Shown: positions 38,688 to 48,043, counted from the stretch's first letter. The stretch: 64,000 bases of DNA from Candidatus Altiarchaeota archaeon (GCA_043800705.1 JAZDMS010000010.1:128001-192000), one strand, 5' to 3'. Translations and numbers: made by a program. The notes: a model not told the origin generated them from the letters alone.

Positions 38688-39266
38688 TTAATAGCCTCTC
38701 ATCTTGTCGAGGATGACCTGTTCATGGGCTTTGAACGCCTCCTCCTGCGGCTCCAGCTTGATCGCGGCCCTGATGGTGTCCAATGCCTCCTCGAACCTGT
38801 TGAGGTATGTCTGGATCCTAGCCTTCCCTGCGAGAGCCCACCCTGACTTGTCCCCCAAGCGTATGGCCTTCTCATAGGAGTCCAACGATCCTGAGATCTT
38901 CCCAAGCCGGTCCTCGACCAGCGCCTTCTCGATCCAGAAATCAGCCCTTAGGGGCTTCAATTTGACGGCCTTCCCGAAGCATGCGAGCGCCTCGTCGTCC
39001 CTGCCAAGCTCGAAAAGCAGCTGTCCCTTGCGGAATGATGCCCAGGCGGAGCGCGGATTCAGCGAGAGTGCCTCGTCGAAGGACCTCTCAGCATCATCAT
39101 TCCTCCTCATGTTCTGCAAAATCCATCCCTTCAGCACCTTAATCATGTGGTCGTCAGGCTCGCTTTTCTCCTTTGCCTCGACGACCCTCAGCAATCCGCT
39201 AAAGTCGTCGGTGAGTTTGCTCATCGCCATGAGCCTGCCCATGAACTCGTCGATAGACTCTGCCAT
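38688..39266 (-). CDS. TPR repeat protein
   Basis: Repeated W..KG..L...A...F.KA..L.P. Confidence 0.85.
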   Translation of the reverse strand: MAESIDEFMGRLMAMSKLTDDFSGLLRVVEAKEKSEPDDHMIKVLKGWILQNMRRNDDAERSFDEALSLNPRSAWASFRKGQLLFELGRDDEALACFGKAVKLKPLRADFWIEKALVEDRLGKISGSLDSYEKAIRLGDKSGWALAGKARIQTYLNRFEEALDTIRAAIKLEPQEEAFKAHEQVILDKMRGY

Positions 39267-39282
39267 TGGCTAATAGATTGAC

Positions 39283-39813
39283 CTACTTCCTTAAAGAATT
39301 CACCGCCGACAGACCGACCGCGATCATTTCCTCGATGCCGAACCTGCCCGTGTTCAGGACGACGTCATAGACGCTCAAATCATCCAAGTCGATGCCGTAA
39401 AACCGAAGATAACGCGCCCTCTCACTGCCGTCCCTGCCGTTCAGATCCGCCAAAGCGGACTCGAAGATGGAGCACTTCTCGCCGCGACAGAGGACCCGTT
39501 TCGCCCTCACATCCGCGGGGGCGACTAGCCAGAAACTCAGCTCAGGGTCGAGGAAATACCTTGAAAGGCGGCCGTCGACTACGCAGTCGCCCTTAGCCGC
39601 GTCCTTCTGCCGTTTGTCAATCTCCTTGTCGACCTCGGGATGGCCCTCCGCGTATCTGGAGAACTCCAGAAGGGATATGCCGCGTTCGGCGGCCATGTCC
39701 CTCATCGTCTGGCCCGCGGAAACATGCCTGATGCCGAGCCTGGACGCCAACGCCTTGGCCAGCGTCGTCTTACCAGAGGCGGCCTGCCCCCCGACAGTGA
39801 CTAGCATCCTCAC
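39283..39813 (-). CDS. cmk: archaeal cytidylate kinase
   Basis: GQAASGKTT, SAGQTMR, VDGRLS, YGIDLDDLSVYD; downstream of eL34. Confidence 0.93.
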   Translation of the reverse strand: MRMLVTVGGQAASGKTTLAKALASRLGIRHVSAGQTMRDMAAERGISLLEFSRYAEGHPEVDKEIDKRQKDAAKGDCVVDGRLSRYFLDPELSFWLVAPADVRAKRVLCRGEKCSIFESALADLNGRDGSERARYLRFYGIDLDDLSVYDVVLNTGRFGIEEMIAVGLSAVNSLRK

Positions 39814-39819
39814 TTATCC

Positions 39820-40308
39820 TCACTTCGCCTTCTTGGATTTAGCCTTCTCCTTGAACTTCTTCTTTGGCTTCGAAGCGGCCTTTGGCTCCTTCTTCGACTT
39901 CTTCTTCGGCTTCGACTTTGCGGATTTTACCTTCAACTTGCCCGACGTCACCTGCGACCAGAAGCCGCGCGGCAGATACTTCTCGAGCGTGAGGTCCCTA
40001 TCGATCGACATGGCAGCGTACTCCGGGGAGGAAAACTTCACGTGCATGCGCGTGGAATACCTTATAAGGGAATCGAGGCATTCGGGGCACAAGACGCCGC
40101 CGTACGGCCTTTCCGGGACCTTCTGGCTGCCTGTGAGATTGCTCATCTTCGTCGCCGATCCTGTCGCGACCCCTGACATCTGCGTGCCGCATCGTCCGCA
40201 GGTCGCCCTGCCGGCCTTCTCAGCCTTGAAATGTGTTACCTTCCTGCCTCCGGGCGTAACCAGCTTGACCTTCTTCCTTGACCGTGTCCTTAAACTCCTT
40301 GAAACCAT
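39820..40308 (-). CDS. rpl34e: 50S ribosomal protein eL34 with long C-terminal extension
   Basis: TPGG, CGRCG, PERPYGGVLCPEC. Confidence 0.92.
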   Translation of the reverse strand: MVSRSLRTRSRKKVKLVTPGGRKVTHFKAEKAGRATCGRCGTQMSGVATGSATKMSNLTGSQKVPERPYGGVLCPECLDSLIRYSTRMHVKFSSPEYAAMSIDRDLTLEKYLPRGFWSQVTSGKLKVKSAKSKPKKKSKKEPKAASKPKKKFKEKAKSKKAK

Positions 40309-40317
40309 TTTAACCTC

Positions 40318-41127
40318 CTAGGTGATACCGAATATTTTGTTTAATATCATAGAAGATACGAAACTGCATAATATATACCACCTCAGCCAGCCGAGGCCGA
40401 CCCCGAAGACTGTGGTCACATAGTAAGGATTCCGGTTCTCGTACGCCAGATCGTAGGATACTACTGAGCCCTCCACCCTGATGTTCTCCTTCTTTACCGT
40501 GAGATCAGCGTTCGGGTCATCGGTCCTTGCTGAGCTGAATTCCTGGATCGACCCGTTCACGTAATATGATACGTAGTCGGCGGTAAGTTCCGATCTCACA
40601 GCGCTTGGGGCGTTTTTGAACGTCAGATTGACCCTGACGATGCCGTCACCATACCAGCCGAACCTCTCCCACTCCCAGGGATAGGTGAGGTTGCCGAAAA
40701 CCCAGACGACGGAGCCGTCACGGATGGAATGGTTCAACTGCGGGATGCTGGAGACATCAGCCACCTCGGCCCCTTCAGGGATCGGGTCGACGACCAAAAC
40801 GTTATGGATGTTTCCGATGTCGTTGTATTGGGCCCCCATCCAGCTGAACACGATGAGGAACGGGATCATGGTGAAGATCATAGGCTTCATGTTGTGCCTC
40901 ATCTGGTCGCTCATGACCGACATCATGCTCTCCTGGTGCTTCTGCACGCCCTTCATGTCCTTGTTCTTCTGGGCCTGCTTCATCTGCTCCTGGTGGTATC
41001 TTATCTGCTCCTTGTGCTCCTTGACCTTTTCCTTGTCGAGGACAAGATGGCGGACGAGGGTGCTCAGGAACGTCATCCCCACCGTTATGGCGCCGATGAT
41101 CGCACCGGCAGATGTGATATCAAGCAC
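40318..41127 (-). CDS. DUF106/EMC3-TMCO1 (Oxa1 superfamily) membrane protein with inserted domain
   Basis: Coiled coil, MKPMIFTMIP, GWLRWYILCSF; conserved adk-DUF106-eL34 synteny. Confidence 0.88.
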   Translation of the reverse strand: MLDITSAGAIIGAITVGMTFLSTLVRHLVLDKEKVKEHKEQIRYHQEQMKQAQKNKDMKGVQKHQESMMSVMSDQMRHNMKPMIFTMIPFLIVFSWMGAQYNDIGNIHNVLVVDPIPEGAEVADVSSIPQLNHSIRDGSVVWVFGNLTYPWEWERFGWYGDGIVRVNLTFKNAPSAVRSELTADYVSYYVNGSIQEFSSARTDDPNADLTVKKENIRVEGSVVSYDLAYENRNPYYVTTVFGVGLGWLRWYILCSFVSSMILNKIFGIT

Positions 41128-41707
41128 TTAGAACCCCCAATAGAGTCTCGGCAGCCTGCGGCAGCGTCCCCTCAGGCTTCCAGATTATCTTGATCGGCGT
41201 GCCTGTGAGGACTGAATATGCCATGGATATGCTCCTGTTGACGCTCTGATGCCTCTCGATGCCCTCGAGGTTGTCGACCTCGCGCCTCCTGAAATCGTTG
41301 CCGATGTCCTTCTTCCTGAACTTGTTGATGTCTTCGGGCCTGCTTTCCAATACGACTATGACGTCCGGCTTCAGCTCCCTCAGGACCCACTCGGGCATGC
41401 CGGGTATGTACCCCCTCGGCGTCTCGATCGCCGCATGGGTGTCCAATATGATCCTCTTCTTGTCCGCGAGCCTGCGTATCTCCTTCGCCGCGCCCTTCTG
41501 GATCTCGTGCTGCTTCTCGATCGGCAGATGCCTCATCTCGTCGCGGTGCTTGACGAGGCCCTTCTCCGTCGCCGACTTCAGCATCATGTCGCCGAAGTTG
41601 ACCATCTCATAATCCACGCTCTTGCCCTGCTCCCTCCCGATCTCGAAAGACTTCTTCACGACCGTGGACTTTCCCACGCCCGGAACGCCTGTCATGACAA
41701 CCAACAT
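41120..41707 (-). CDS. adkA: archaeal adenylate kinase
   Basis: TGVPGVGKST, NFGD, RDEMR, DTH, GYIPGMP. Confidence 0.94.
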   Translation of the reverse strand: MLVVMTGVPGVGKSTVVKKSFEIGREQGKSVDYEMVNFGDMMLKSATEKGLVKHRDEMRHLPIEKQHEIQKGAAKEIRRLADKKRIILDTHAAIETPRGYIPGMPEWVLRELKPDVIVVLESRPEDINKFRKKDIGNDFRRREVDNLEGIERHQSVNRSISMAYSVLTGTPIKIIWKPEGTLPQAAETLLGVLSA

Positions 41708-41793
41708 CCAAAACACCTCAGAAAATAATTCAGAATATATGGAATCTGCGTATAAAAAAAGGGATAAGGGGCTAAAAAGCCCCAAAACGACAG

Positions 41794-42261
41794 CTAAGGC
41801 GTTACGAACTTCCTGTTGACGTCCATTATGAGGCTGTCGCAGTCCTGCTTGATCTTCTCCAGGTTGGCCACGATCCGCGTCTTCTCCTGCTCTACGGAGT
41901 CGATCATCTCATAGGCCTCGATGGCGGTCTTGAAATCGTCTATCTCCACCATCGTATACTCGCTCTGGTTCATCTTCCTAGCGACCTTCCTGCACAGGGA
42001 CTCGAGCCAGACATTCATGCCCTCCTTGACCCTGCGCCTGATCATCTTGTCACCGTCCATCTCCTGCTTCATGAGACGCACGATCGGCGCCATCGGGAAG
42101 ACGTACTTCGCCTCATCCTCCGGCGAGAACTCCTCCTCTTCGACGGGAGCCTGTGCCGCGACAGGCGCTTGAGCGGGAGCCTTCTCCTCGTCTACTCCCT
42201 GCTTTTCTTCAACTTTCTCATCTAAATCTTCGACCGCAGCATCTTTTTTCTTCCTTGACAT
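41794..42261 (-). CDS. histone-fold protein with acidic N-tail and C-terminal coiled coil
   Basis: FPMAPIVRLMK…TMVEIDDFKTA histone fold; heptad-rich C-terminus. Confidence 0.75.
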   Translation of the reverse strand: MSRKKKDAAVEDLDEKVEEKQGVDEEKAPAQAPVAAQAPVEEEEFSPEDEAKYVFPMAPIVRLMKQEMDGDKMIRRRVKEGMNVWLESLCRKVARKMNQSEYTMVEIDDFKTAIEAYEMIDSVEQEKTRIVANLEKIKQDCDSLIMDVNRKFVTP

Positions 42262-42556
42262 TTTTCAATCACACATTAACGCAATAGGGCACCGAAAACG
42301 ATCCTCTAATCGGCAGGCATTTTGTCTAAAACACCCAGACCCTCCACCCTAAAAACTACCAATAATATTACAAAAACGACAATAAAAACGCCAAAAAACG
42401 CACATTTTTAACCCAATACGCCACTATATATGACTCAAACGCGTACTAGCGGTTGCAAGCCACAAAACGCCCAAAAAAGCCGAAAAAACACCGATTAAAA
42501 TCCAATCCACCTAGTAAAAATCCAGACTCCAAGACTGGGGACAGAAGACCACCAAC

Positions 42557-42631
42557 GCGGGGGTCCAAGCGGCTTCGCCGCAGGATCCCAGGCCTTCGGC
42601 CCCGAATCGCCAAGCCTGGTTAGGAATCGCC
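42557..42631 (+). pseudogene. partial tRNA-Cys copy interrupted by hairpins
   Basis: GCGGGGG + insert + TCGCCAAGCCTGGTTAGG-AATCGCC matches the 5' half of the tRNA at 42760; upstream flank also duplicated. Confidence 0.6.
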
Positions 42632-42723
42632 GAGCCCTTTCTTTCTGAAGAGAGAAAGTGTTTCACCCCAAAGAAAGAGGAATCTTTCGCGCATAAAAAT
42701 CCAATTCACCTAGTTAAAAAACA

Positions 42724-42751
42724 CAGGACCGAAGACCGAGGACCGAAGACC
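42724..42751 (+). repeat. heptamer repeats (GAAGACC family)
   Basis: CAGGACC GAAGACC GAGGACC GAAGACC directly 5' of tRNA-Cys. Confidence 0.7.
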
Positions 42752-42759
42752 CTATACAT

Positions 42760-42832
42760 GCGGGGGTCGCCAAGCCTGGTTAGGCAATCGCCTGCAGAGC
42801 GATTAACGGGAGTTCAAATCTCTCCCCCCGCT
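42760..42832 (+). tRNA. tRNA-Cys (GCA)
   Basis: Acceptor GCGGGGG/CCCCCGC, anticodon arm ATCGC-CTGCAGA-GCGAT, T arm GGGAG-TTCAAAT-CTCTC, U discriminator, no encoded CCA. Confidence 0.92.
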
Positions 42833-42901
42833 AACATTTTTCTTATTTTTGTTTTGATATGTATCTCTCCTTTTAATGGCATATTCCATATTCTTGAGGA
42901 G

Positions 42902-45304
42902 ATGGCCGACAACCAGTATGATCCGAGGGTTTCCGAGCCCAGGTGGCAGAGGTTCTGGGAGGACGAGGGAGTCTACCGCTTCGACCCCGACAGCGGCGCC
43001 GAAGTCTACTCAGTCGACACGCCTCCGCCGACGGTGTCGGGGAAGATGCACCTCGGCCATGCGTTCAGCTACAGCCAGCAGGATTTCATCGTCAGGTACA
43101 AGCGGATGAGGGGGTACAATATATTCTACCCGTTCGGCACCGACGACAACGGCATCCCCACGGAGAGGCTCGTTGAGAAGGAGAAGAAGGTCAGGGCCCG
43201 CGACATGGACCGGCAGGCGTTCGTTAAGCTCTGCATGAAGACCCTTGAAGAGGAGCTGAGGCCCAAGTACATAGCGGACTGGAAGAGGATCGGGATGAGC
43301 TGCGACTGGAGGATTTTCTACACCACCATCAACACGCACTGCCAGAGGATCTCGCAGAAGTCGTTCATCGACCTGTACCGGGCGGGCCGCGAATACCGCA
43401 AGGATGCGCCGACGATGTGGTGCCCCGAATGCCAGACCGGGATAAGCCAGGTCGAATGCCAGGACAAGGAACTGGATTCGAACTTCAACGACATCGTGTT
43501 CACGGTCGGCGGCAAGAGCCTGCTCATCGCGACGACGAGGCCGGAGCTCCTGCCGGCGTGCGTCGCCATATTCTACCACCCCGAAGACGAGAGATACGCC
43601 GGATACAAGGGCAGGACGGCGAAGGTCCCGCTGTTCGATTTCGAGGTTCCTATATTGCCTGACGAGCGTGCCGACCCGGCGAAGGGGACGGGCATCGTCA
43701 TGTGCTGTACCTTCGGCGACCAGACCGACATGGAATGGCAGAAGGCGCACAATCTGCCGATAAAGGTCGTAATCTCCCCTAACGGGAAGTTGACTAAGCT
43801 CGCGGGAAAATACGGGGGCCTGAAGGTGTCAGAGGCCAGGCGCGCCATAATTGATGATCTTAAGGCTGCGGGGCTCCTTGTGGGGCAGAAGCCGATTAAG
43901 CACATGGTAAACGTCCACGAGCGCTGCGGGACCGAGATAGAGTACCTCAAGAGCAAGCAGTGGTTCATCAGGTACCTAGACCTCAAGGACGAGATGCTCG
44001 AATGGGGGCAAGAGCTGAACTGGTTCCCCGACCATATGCGGCACAGGTTCAACCACTGGGTCAACGGCCTCCAATGGGACTGGCTCATATCGAGGCAGAG
44101 GTACTTCGGCGTCCCCTTCCCCGTCTGGTACTGCGAAAAATGCGACGAGATAATCCTGGCGGACGAAAAAGACCTGCCAGTCGACCCGATAGTGAGCCAG
44201 CCGCCCATAAAAAAGTGCCCCAAATGCGGCCACGACAAATTCGTGCCGGAGAAGGACATCCTCGACACGTGGGCAACGTCTTCGCTCACTCCCCACCTGT
44301 CATGCGACCAGTTCAAGGACAAGCCCATATACGAGCGGATTTACCCGATGAGCCTGAGGCCGCAGGCCCACGACATAATCACGTTCTGGCTCTTCAACAC
44401 CGTCGTCAAGTCGAGGCTCCACGACGGGGTAAATCCGTGGAAGGACGTGGTCATATCAGGGCACGCCCAGGACCCCCATGGGAGGAAGATGAGCAAGAGC
44501 AAGGGCAACGTCGTCGAGCCGCAGGTGATGATAGAAAAGTATTCCGCGGATGCGCTCAGGTTCTGGGCTGCAGGCTGCAAGCTGGGGGAGGACCTGCCCT
44601 TCAGCGAGAAGGACCTCGTCACTGGGATGAAGTTCACGACGAAGATCTGGAACGCGTCGAAGTTCGTGTTCATGCACCTTGAGGATTTCGACGGGTCGGA
44701 ACCGAAGGAGCTTGAGGACGCCGACCGGTGGATTCTCACGAAGCTTTCGAGGATCGTCAAGGGGTCGACTGAGGCGTTCGACGGCTACGAGTATTCGCGG
44801 ACGAAGGCGGAGGTCGAGAAGTTCTTCTGGCAGACGTTCTGCGACTACTACCTGGAGATCGTGAAGGAGCGCCTCTACAAGCCCGACAAGCGGGGCGTAC
44901 AGTCTAGGAAGGCTGCGCAGTATACGCTGTACCAGTGCCTCCTCGCGATTGTGAAGATGATGGCGCCGATAATGCCCCACATCACCGAGGAACTATATCA
45001 GATCCATTTCAGGGCTAAGGAGGCTGCGAAGTCCGTACACAACGCGGAATGGCCGAAGGCTTCGGTCTTGGACGAGGCTGCGGAGCGGAAGGGGGACCTC
45101 CTGGTCGAGGCCATCGCACAGGCGAGGAAGCGTAAATCTGACATGAAGATATCGATAGCAAAGGACGTCGATAAGGCCGTGATACGCGCCAAATCCGGTG
45201 ATCTGGAGCTGTTGAAGTCCATGGAGGCCGATTTCAAGGGGACTGCGAAGGTCCTGTCAGTGGAATACGCGGCCGCGGAGCAGGTATCCGTTGAACTGTC
45301 TTAA
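42902..45304 (+). CDS. valS: valine--tRNA ligase (archaeal type)
   Basis: DTPPPTVSGKMHLGH, DWLISRQRYFG, PQAHDII, KMSKS. Confidence 0.96.
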   Translation: MADNQYDPRVSEPRWQRFWEDEGVYRFDPDSGAEVYSVDTPPPTVSGKMHLGHAFSYSQQDFIVRYKRMRGYNIFYPFGTDDNGIPTERLVEKEKKVRARDMDRQAFVKLCMKTLEEELRPKYIADWKRIGMSCDWRIFYTTINTHCQRISQKSFIDLYRAGREYRKDAPTMWCPECQTGISQVECQDKELDSNFNDIVFTVGGKSLLIATTRPELLPACVAIFYHPEDERYAGYKGRTAKVPLFDFEVPILPDERADPAKGTGIVMCCTFGDQTDMEWQKAHNLPIKVVISPNGKLTKLAGKYGGLKVSEARRAIIDDLKAAGLLVGQKPIKHMVNVHERCGTEIEYLKSKQWFIRYLDLKDEMLEWGQELNWFPDHMRHRFNHWVNGLQWDWLISRQRYFGVPFPVWYCEKCDEIILADEKDLPVDPIVSQPPIKKCPKCGHDKFVPEKDILDTWATSSLTPHLSCDQFKDKPIYERIYPMSLRPQAHDIITFWLFNTVVKSRLHDGVNPWKDVVISGHAQDPHGRKMSKSKGNVVEPQVMIEKYSADALRFWAAGCKLGEDLPFSEKDLVTGMKFTTKIWNASKFVFMHLEDFDGSEPKELEDADRWILTKLSRIVKGSTEAFDGYEYSRTKAEVEKFFWQTFCDYYLEIVKERLYKPDKRGVQSRKAAQYTLYQCLLAIVKMMAPIMPHITEELYQIHFRAKEAAKSVHNAEWPKASVLDEAAERKGDLLVEAIAQARKRKSDMKISIAKDVDKAVIRAKSGDLELLKSMEADFKGTAKVLSVEYAAAEQVSVELS

Positions 45305-45346
45305 CTGCATGTTTTATTTCACGCCTGCGCATATCTAAACTAAATA

Positions 45347-46576
45347 ATGGATGCGATAGTCCTGGCTGCCGGCGAAGGGGTGCGTCTGAGGCCTTTGACG
45401 AGCACGAAGCCTAAGCCGATGCTGCCTGTCGTCGGCAAGCCTATTCTGGAGTGGGACCTGGAGGCCCTTGACTGTGTGGGTGTCAAGAACGTCTATGTCA
45501 TCGTCGGATACAAGGCGGACGCCATCAGGAAGCATTTCGGCGACAGGTTCAGGGGCATGCGGCTTCATTACCTTACCCAGGATCAGCAGCTTGGCACCGG
45601 CGACGCCGTCTCAAAAGCGAAGGGCATGGTCAAGGGCGAATTCATCGTCATGAACGGCGACCTCTTCATCACCAGGTCGTTCATCATGGAGCTCGTGAAG
45701 AGCCACCGGCGGAAGAAGGCCGGGAATTCGATGTCTCTCGTGCGTGTGAAGGAGCCGCAGAACTTCGGGATTGTCGAGCTGAAGGGTTCGAAGGTCTCCT
45801 CTCTCGAGGAGAAGCCTGCGATGCCCAAAAGCAACCTGGCCAATGCGGGCGTGTACATATTCGATCAGGGGATATTCGACATGCTTCAGAATATCCAGCG
45901 CTCTCCGAGGGGAGAATATGAGCTCACCGATGCGATTAAGATGCTGATCAGGGACGGACAGGTCAACGGCTGCGAGTGCGAGGCCGGGCAGTGGATAGAT
46001 ATCGGCCTACCCTGGAACCTCCTGGACGCAAACGAGATAGTCATGGGCGTCGTCGACCTCAAAAGGAGCAGGAAGGCGAAGATCGAGAAATACGCGGTAT
46101 TGAAGGGAGACGTCGCGGTCGGCGACGGGACAATCATCAAATCCGGCGCCTACATCGAAGGGCCGGTCTACATCGGGAAGGACTGCGTCATCGGCCCCAA
46201 CTGTTTTGTGAGGGCATATTCCGTTATAATGGACGGCTGCAAGGTCGGCAACGCGGTAGAGGTGAAAAACAGCATCCTCATGAAGGGCACACACGTAGGC
46301 CACCTGAGCTACGTCGGGGACAGCATCATCGGCGAAAAATGCAACTTTGGTGCGGGGACGCTGGTCGCCAACCTCCGCTTCGACGACGGCGAGGTCAGGA
46401 TCGAAGTCAAGAACAAGATGGTCCAGTGCGGCAGGAGGAAGTTCGGCTGCATAATGGGGGACGGCGTAAAGACCGGTATTAACGTAAGCATACTCCCCGG
46501 CAGGAGCATCTACCCGGGCGCATACGTCGATGCCGGATCGTTAGTCAAGGACACGATATACTCCGAACAGACATGA
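45347..46576 (+). CDS. glmU: bifunctional sugar-1-phosphate nucleotidylyltransferase/acetyltransferase (archaeal GlmU)
   Basis: LAAGEGVRLRPLT..PKPM, EEKP, hexapeptide repeats, HLSYVGDS, NFGAGT. Confidence 0.9.
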   Translation: MDAIVLAAGEGVRLRPLTSTKPKPMLPVVGKPILEWDLEALDCVGVKNVYVIVGYKADAIRKHFGDRFRGMRLHYLTQDQQLGTGDAVSKAKGMVKGEFIVMNGDLFITRSFIMELVKSHRRKKAGNSMSLVRVKEPQNFGIVELKGSKVSSLEEKPAMPKSNLANAGVYIFDQGIFDMLQNIQRSPRGEYELTDAIKMLIRDGQVNGCECEAGQWIDIGLPWNLLDANEIVMGVVDLKRSRKAKIEKYAVLKGDVAVGDGTIIKSGAYIEGPVYIGKDCVIGPNCFVRAYSVIMDGCKVGNAVEVKNSILMKGTHVGHLSYVGDSIIGEKCNFGAGTLVANLRFDDGEVRIEVKNKMVQCGRRKFGCIMGDGVKTGINVSILPGRSIYPGAYVDAGSLVKDTIYSEQT

Positions 46577-46724
46577 GGTCTCCAGTCCTCGGTTTTCAGG
46601 CTTGACCGAAGACCGTGGACTTCCGAGAACCGAAGACGGGAAACCGGAGACTTCTGAAAACCGTGAACTGAAGACCGTAGACGGGAGACCGAAGACAGGA
46701 AACCGAAAACCGTGAACTGAAAAC
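46577..46724. repeat. degenerate heptamer array with inverted halves between convergent genes
   Basis: GGTCTCC AGTCCTC GGTTTTC, then about 15 units of CCGAAGA/CTGAAAA/CCGTGAA type. Confidence 0.85.
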
Positions 46725-46928
46725 CTACTTCTCTCGGGCAAGCCTGATGTCTTCCGCCTTCACGGTGACCCTTCCCGCGTGCCTGGCCAGCTGGGCGGCG
46801 CGTTCGGCGACTTCGAGGCCGTACTCCTCCAGGACGTCCCTCAATGCAACAGCCGCATCGTCGCCGACCCTGTCGATGTTGGCCTTCTTGAGTATCCGCA
46901 CCATCGGCGCGACGGGTATCTCTGCCAT
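46725..46928 (-). CDS. archaeal histone (HMf-like)
   Basis: MAEIPVAPMVRILKK..RVGDDA…ARHAGRVTVKAEDIRLA, 67 aa; TATAAAA upstream. Confidence 0.96.
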   Translation of the reverse strand: MAEIPVAPMVRILKKANIDRVGDDAAVALRDVLEEYGLEVAERAAQLARHAGRVTVKAEDIRLAREK

Positions 46929-46981
46929 ATAAGCTATTGTCCTTCGTCGCTTTTATATGCCGGGGACTAATTAAAACTTCG

Positions 46982-47803
46982 ATGATAAGGAGTCCTGCCG
47001 TGGCCGGGCAGTTCTATTCCGGCAGCGTTTCGGGCCTGAAGGAGCAGGTAGAAGGCTGCCTGGAGGATGTGAAGGACAAGGTCCCGGCCCTGGGGGTCGT
47101 ATGCCCCCATGCGGGGCTCATGTATTCCGGGAAGGTCGCCGGCGCCGTCTATTCGAGGATTCGGATGCCGGACACGTTCGTCATGCTCGGGCCGAACCAT
47201 TTCGGCCTCGGACCCGATTACAGCATCATGACCGACGGCATCTGGCGTATGCCTTTCGGCGACGTCAGGGTCGATCCCATCGTCGCCAAGGAGGTGTTCA
47301 GGCATTCCAGGCACCTGGAGGAGGACATGTTCGCGCAGGAGCGGGAGCACAGCCTCGAGGTCCAGCTGCCTTTCATGCAGCATTTCAGCAGGGATTTCCA
47401 GATCGTCCCCCTCTGCCTGAGGCACTATGAGCCCGATGACGGATTCCTTCGGGTCTGCGAGGAGATAGGGCACGACATAGCATCGGCGCTCAAGGCGCTG
47501 AAGTGCAGCTGCACAATCGTCGCAAGCTCCGACCTGACCCATTATCAGTCCCGGGAGGTAGCAAACGAGAACGACATGGCGGCATTGGATGCCGTCGCAG
47601 CCTTGGATGCGAAACGGCTTTTCAGGGAGGTCAGGGAAAGGGAGATATCCATGTGCGGATATGCCCCCGTCGCTGCGATGCTGACGGCGTGCCGGGACCT
47701 CGGCGCCAGGAAGGCCGAGTTGGTGAAGTACCTCACATCCGGGGATGTGACCGGGGACTATGGGCAGGTCGTCGGATACGGCGGCATGATAGTCCGAAAA
47801 TAG
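46982..47803 (+). CDS. MEMO1 family protein
   Basis: PAVAGQFY, PHAG.MYSG, GPNH, EHSLEVQLPF, SSDLTHY, SMCG. Confidence 0.93.
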   Translation: MIRSPAVAGQFYSGSVSGLKEQVEGCLEDVKDKVPALGVVCPHAGLMYSGKVAGAVYSRIRMPDTFVMLGPNHFGLGPDYSIMTDGIWRMPFGDVRVDPIVAKEVFRHSRHLEEDMFAQEREHSLEVQLPFMQHFSRDFQIVPLCLRHYEPDDGFLRVCEEIGHDIASALKALKCSCTIVASSDLTHYQSREVANENDMAALDAVAALDAKRLFREVREREISMCGYAPVAAMLTACRDLGARKAELVKYLTSGDVTGDYGQVVGYGGMIVRK

Positions 47804-47839
47804 CGGCATGTGTTCAGGCCCCTGGGCTGAGATAGTCTC

Positions 47840-48043
47840 CTACGGTTTGGGGTTCGGGCGGAAGAATTTTCCAATCGTGTCTGCAGAGTTGCTGAGGTTG
47901 ATAAACAGGATGATTGCGAGTATCGCGCCCGCGACGGCGAACCAGAGGTTCTGCCTGGATACTGGATCCATCTCGTCGTATTTCGCCTTCAGCTCGCCCA
48001 GGGATATCATGGTTGAGATATTGTCTCCAGGAATATAAATCAT
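47840..48043 (-). CDS. small single-TM protein
   Basis: One hydrophobic helix; start may lie at an internal Met. Confidence 0.5.
   Translation of the reverse strand: MIYIPGDNISTMISLGELKAKYDEMDPVSRQNLWFAVAGAILAIILFINLSNSADTIGKFFRPNPKP

Noticed and set aside
42557-42692. Intron-containing or split functional tRNA
   Set aside because: No anticodon loop or T arm, one base missing after the D arm, and no clear BHB motif seen; an intact tRNA-Cys is adjacent. Kept only as a remnant/ncRNA candidate
42758-42901. N-terminal extension of ValRS given in the ORF track
   Set aside because: It overlaps tRNA-Cys; the likely start is ATG 42902 after GAGGA
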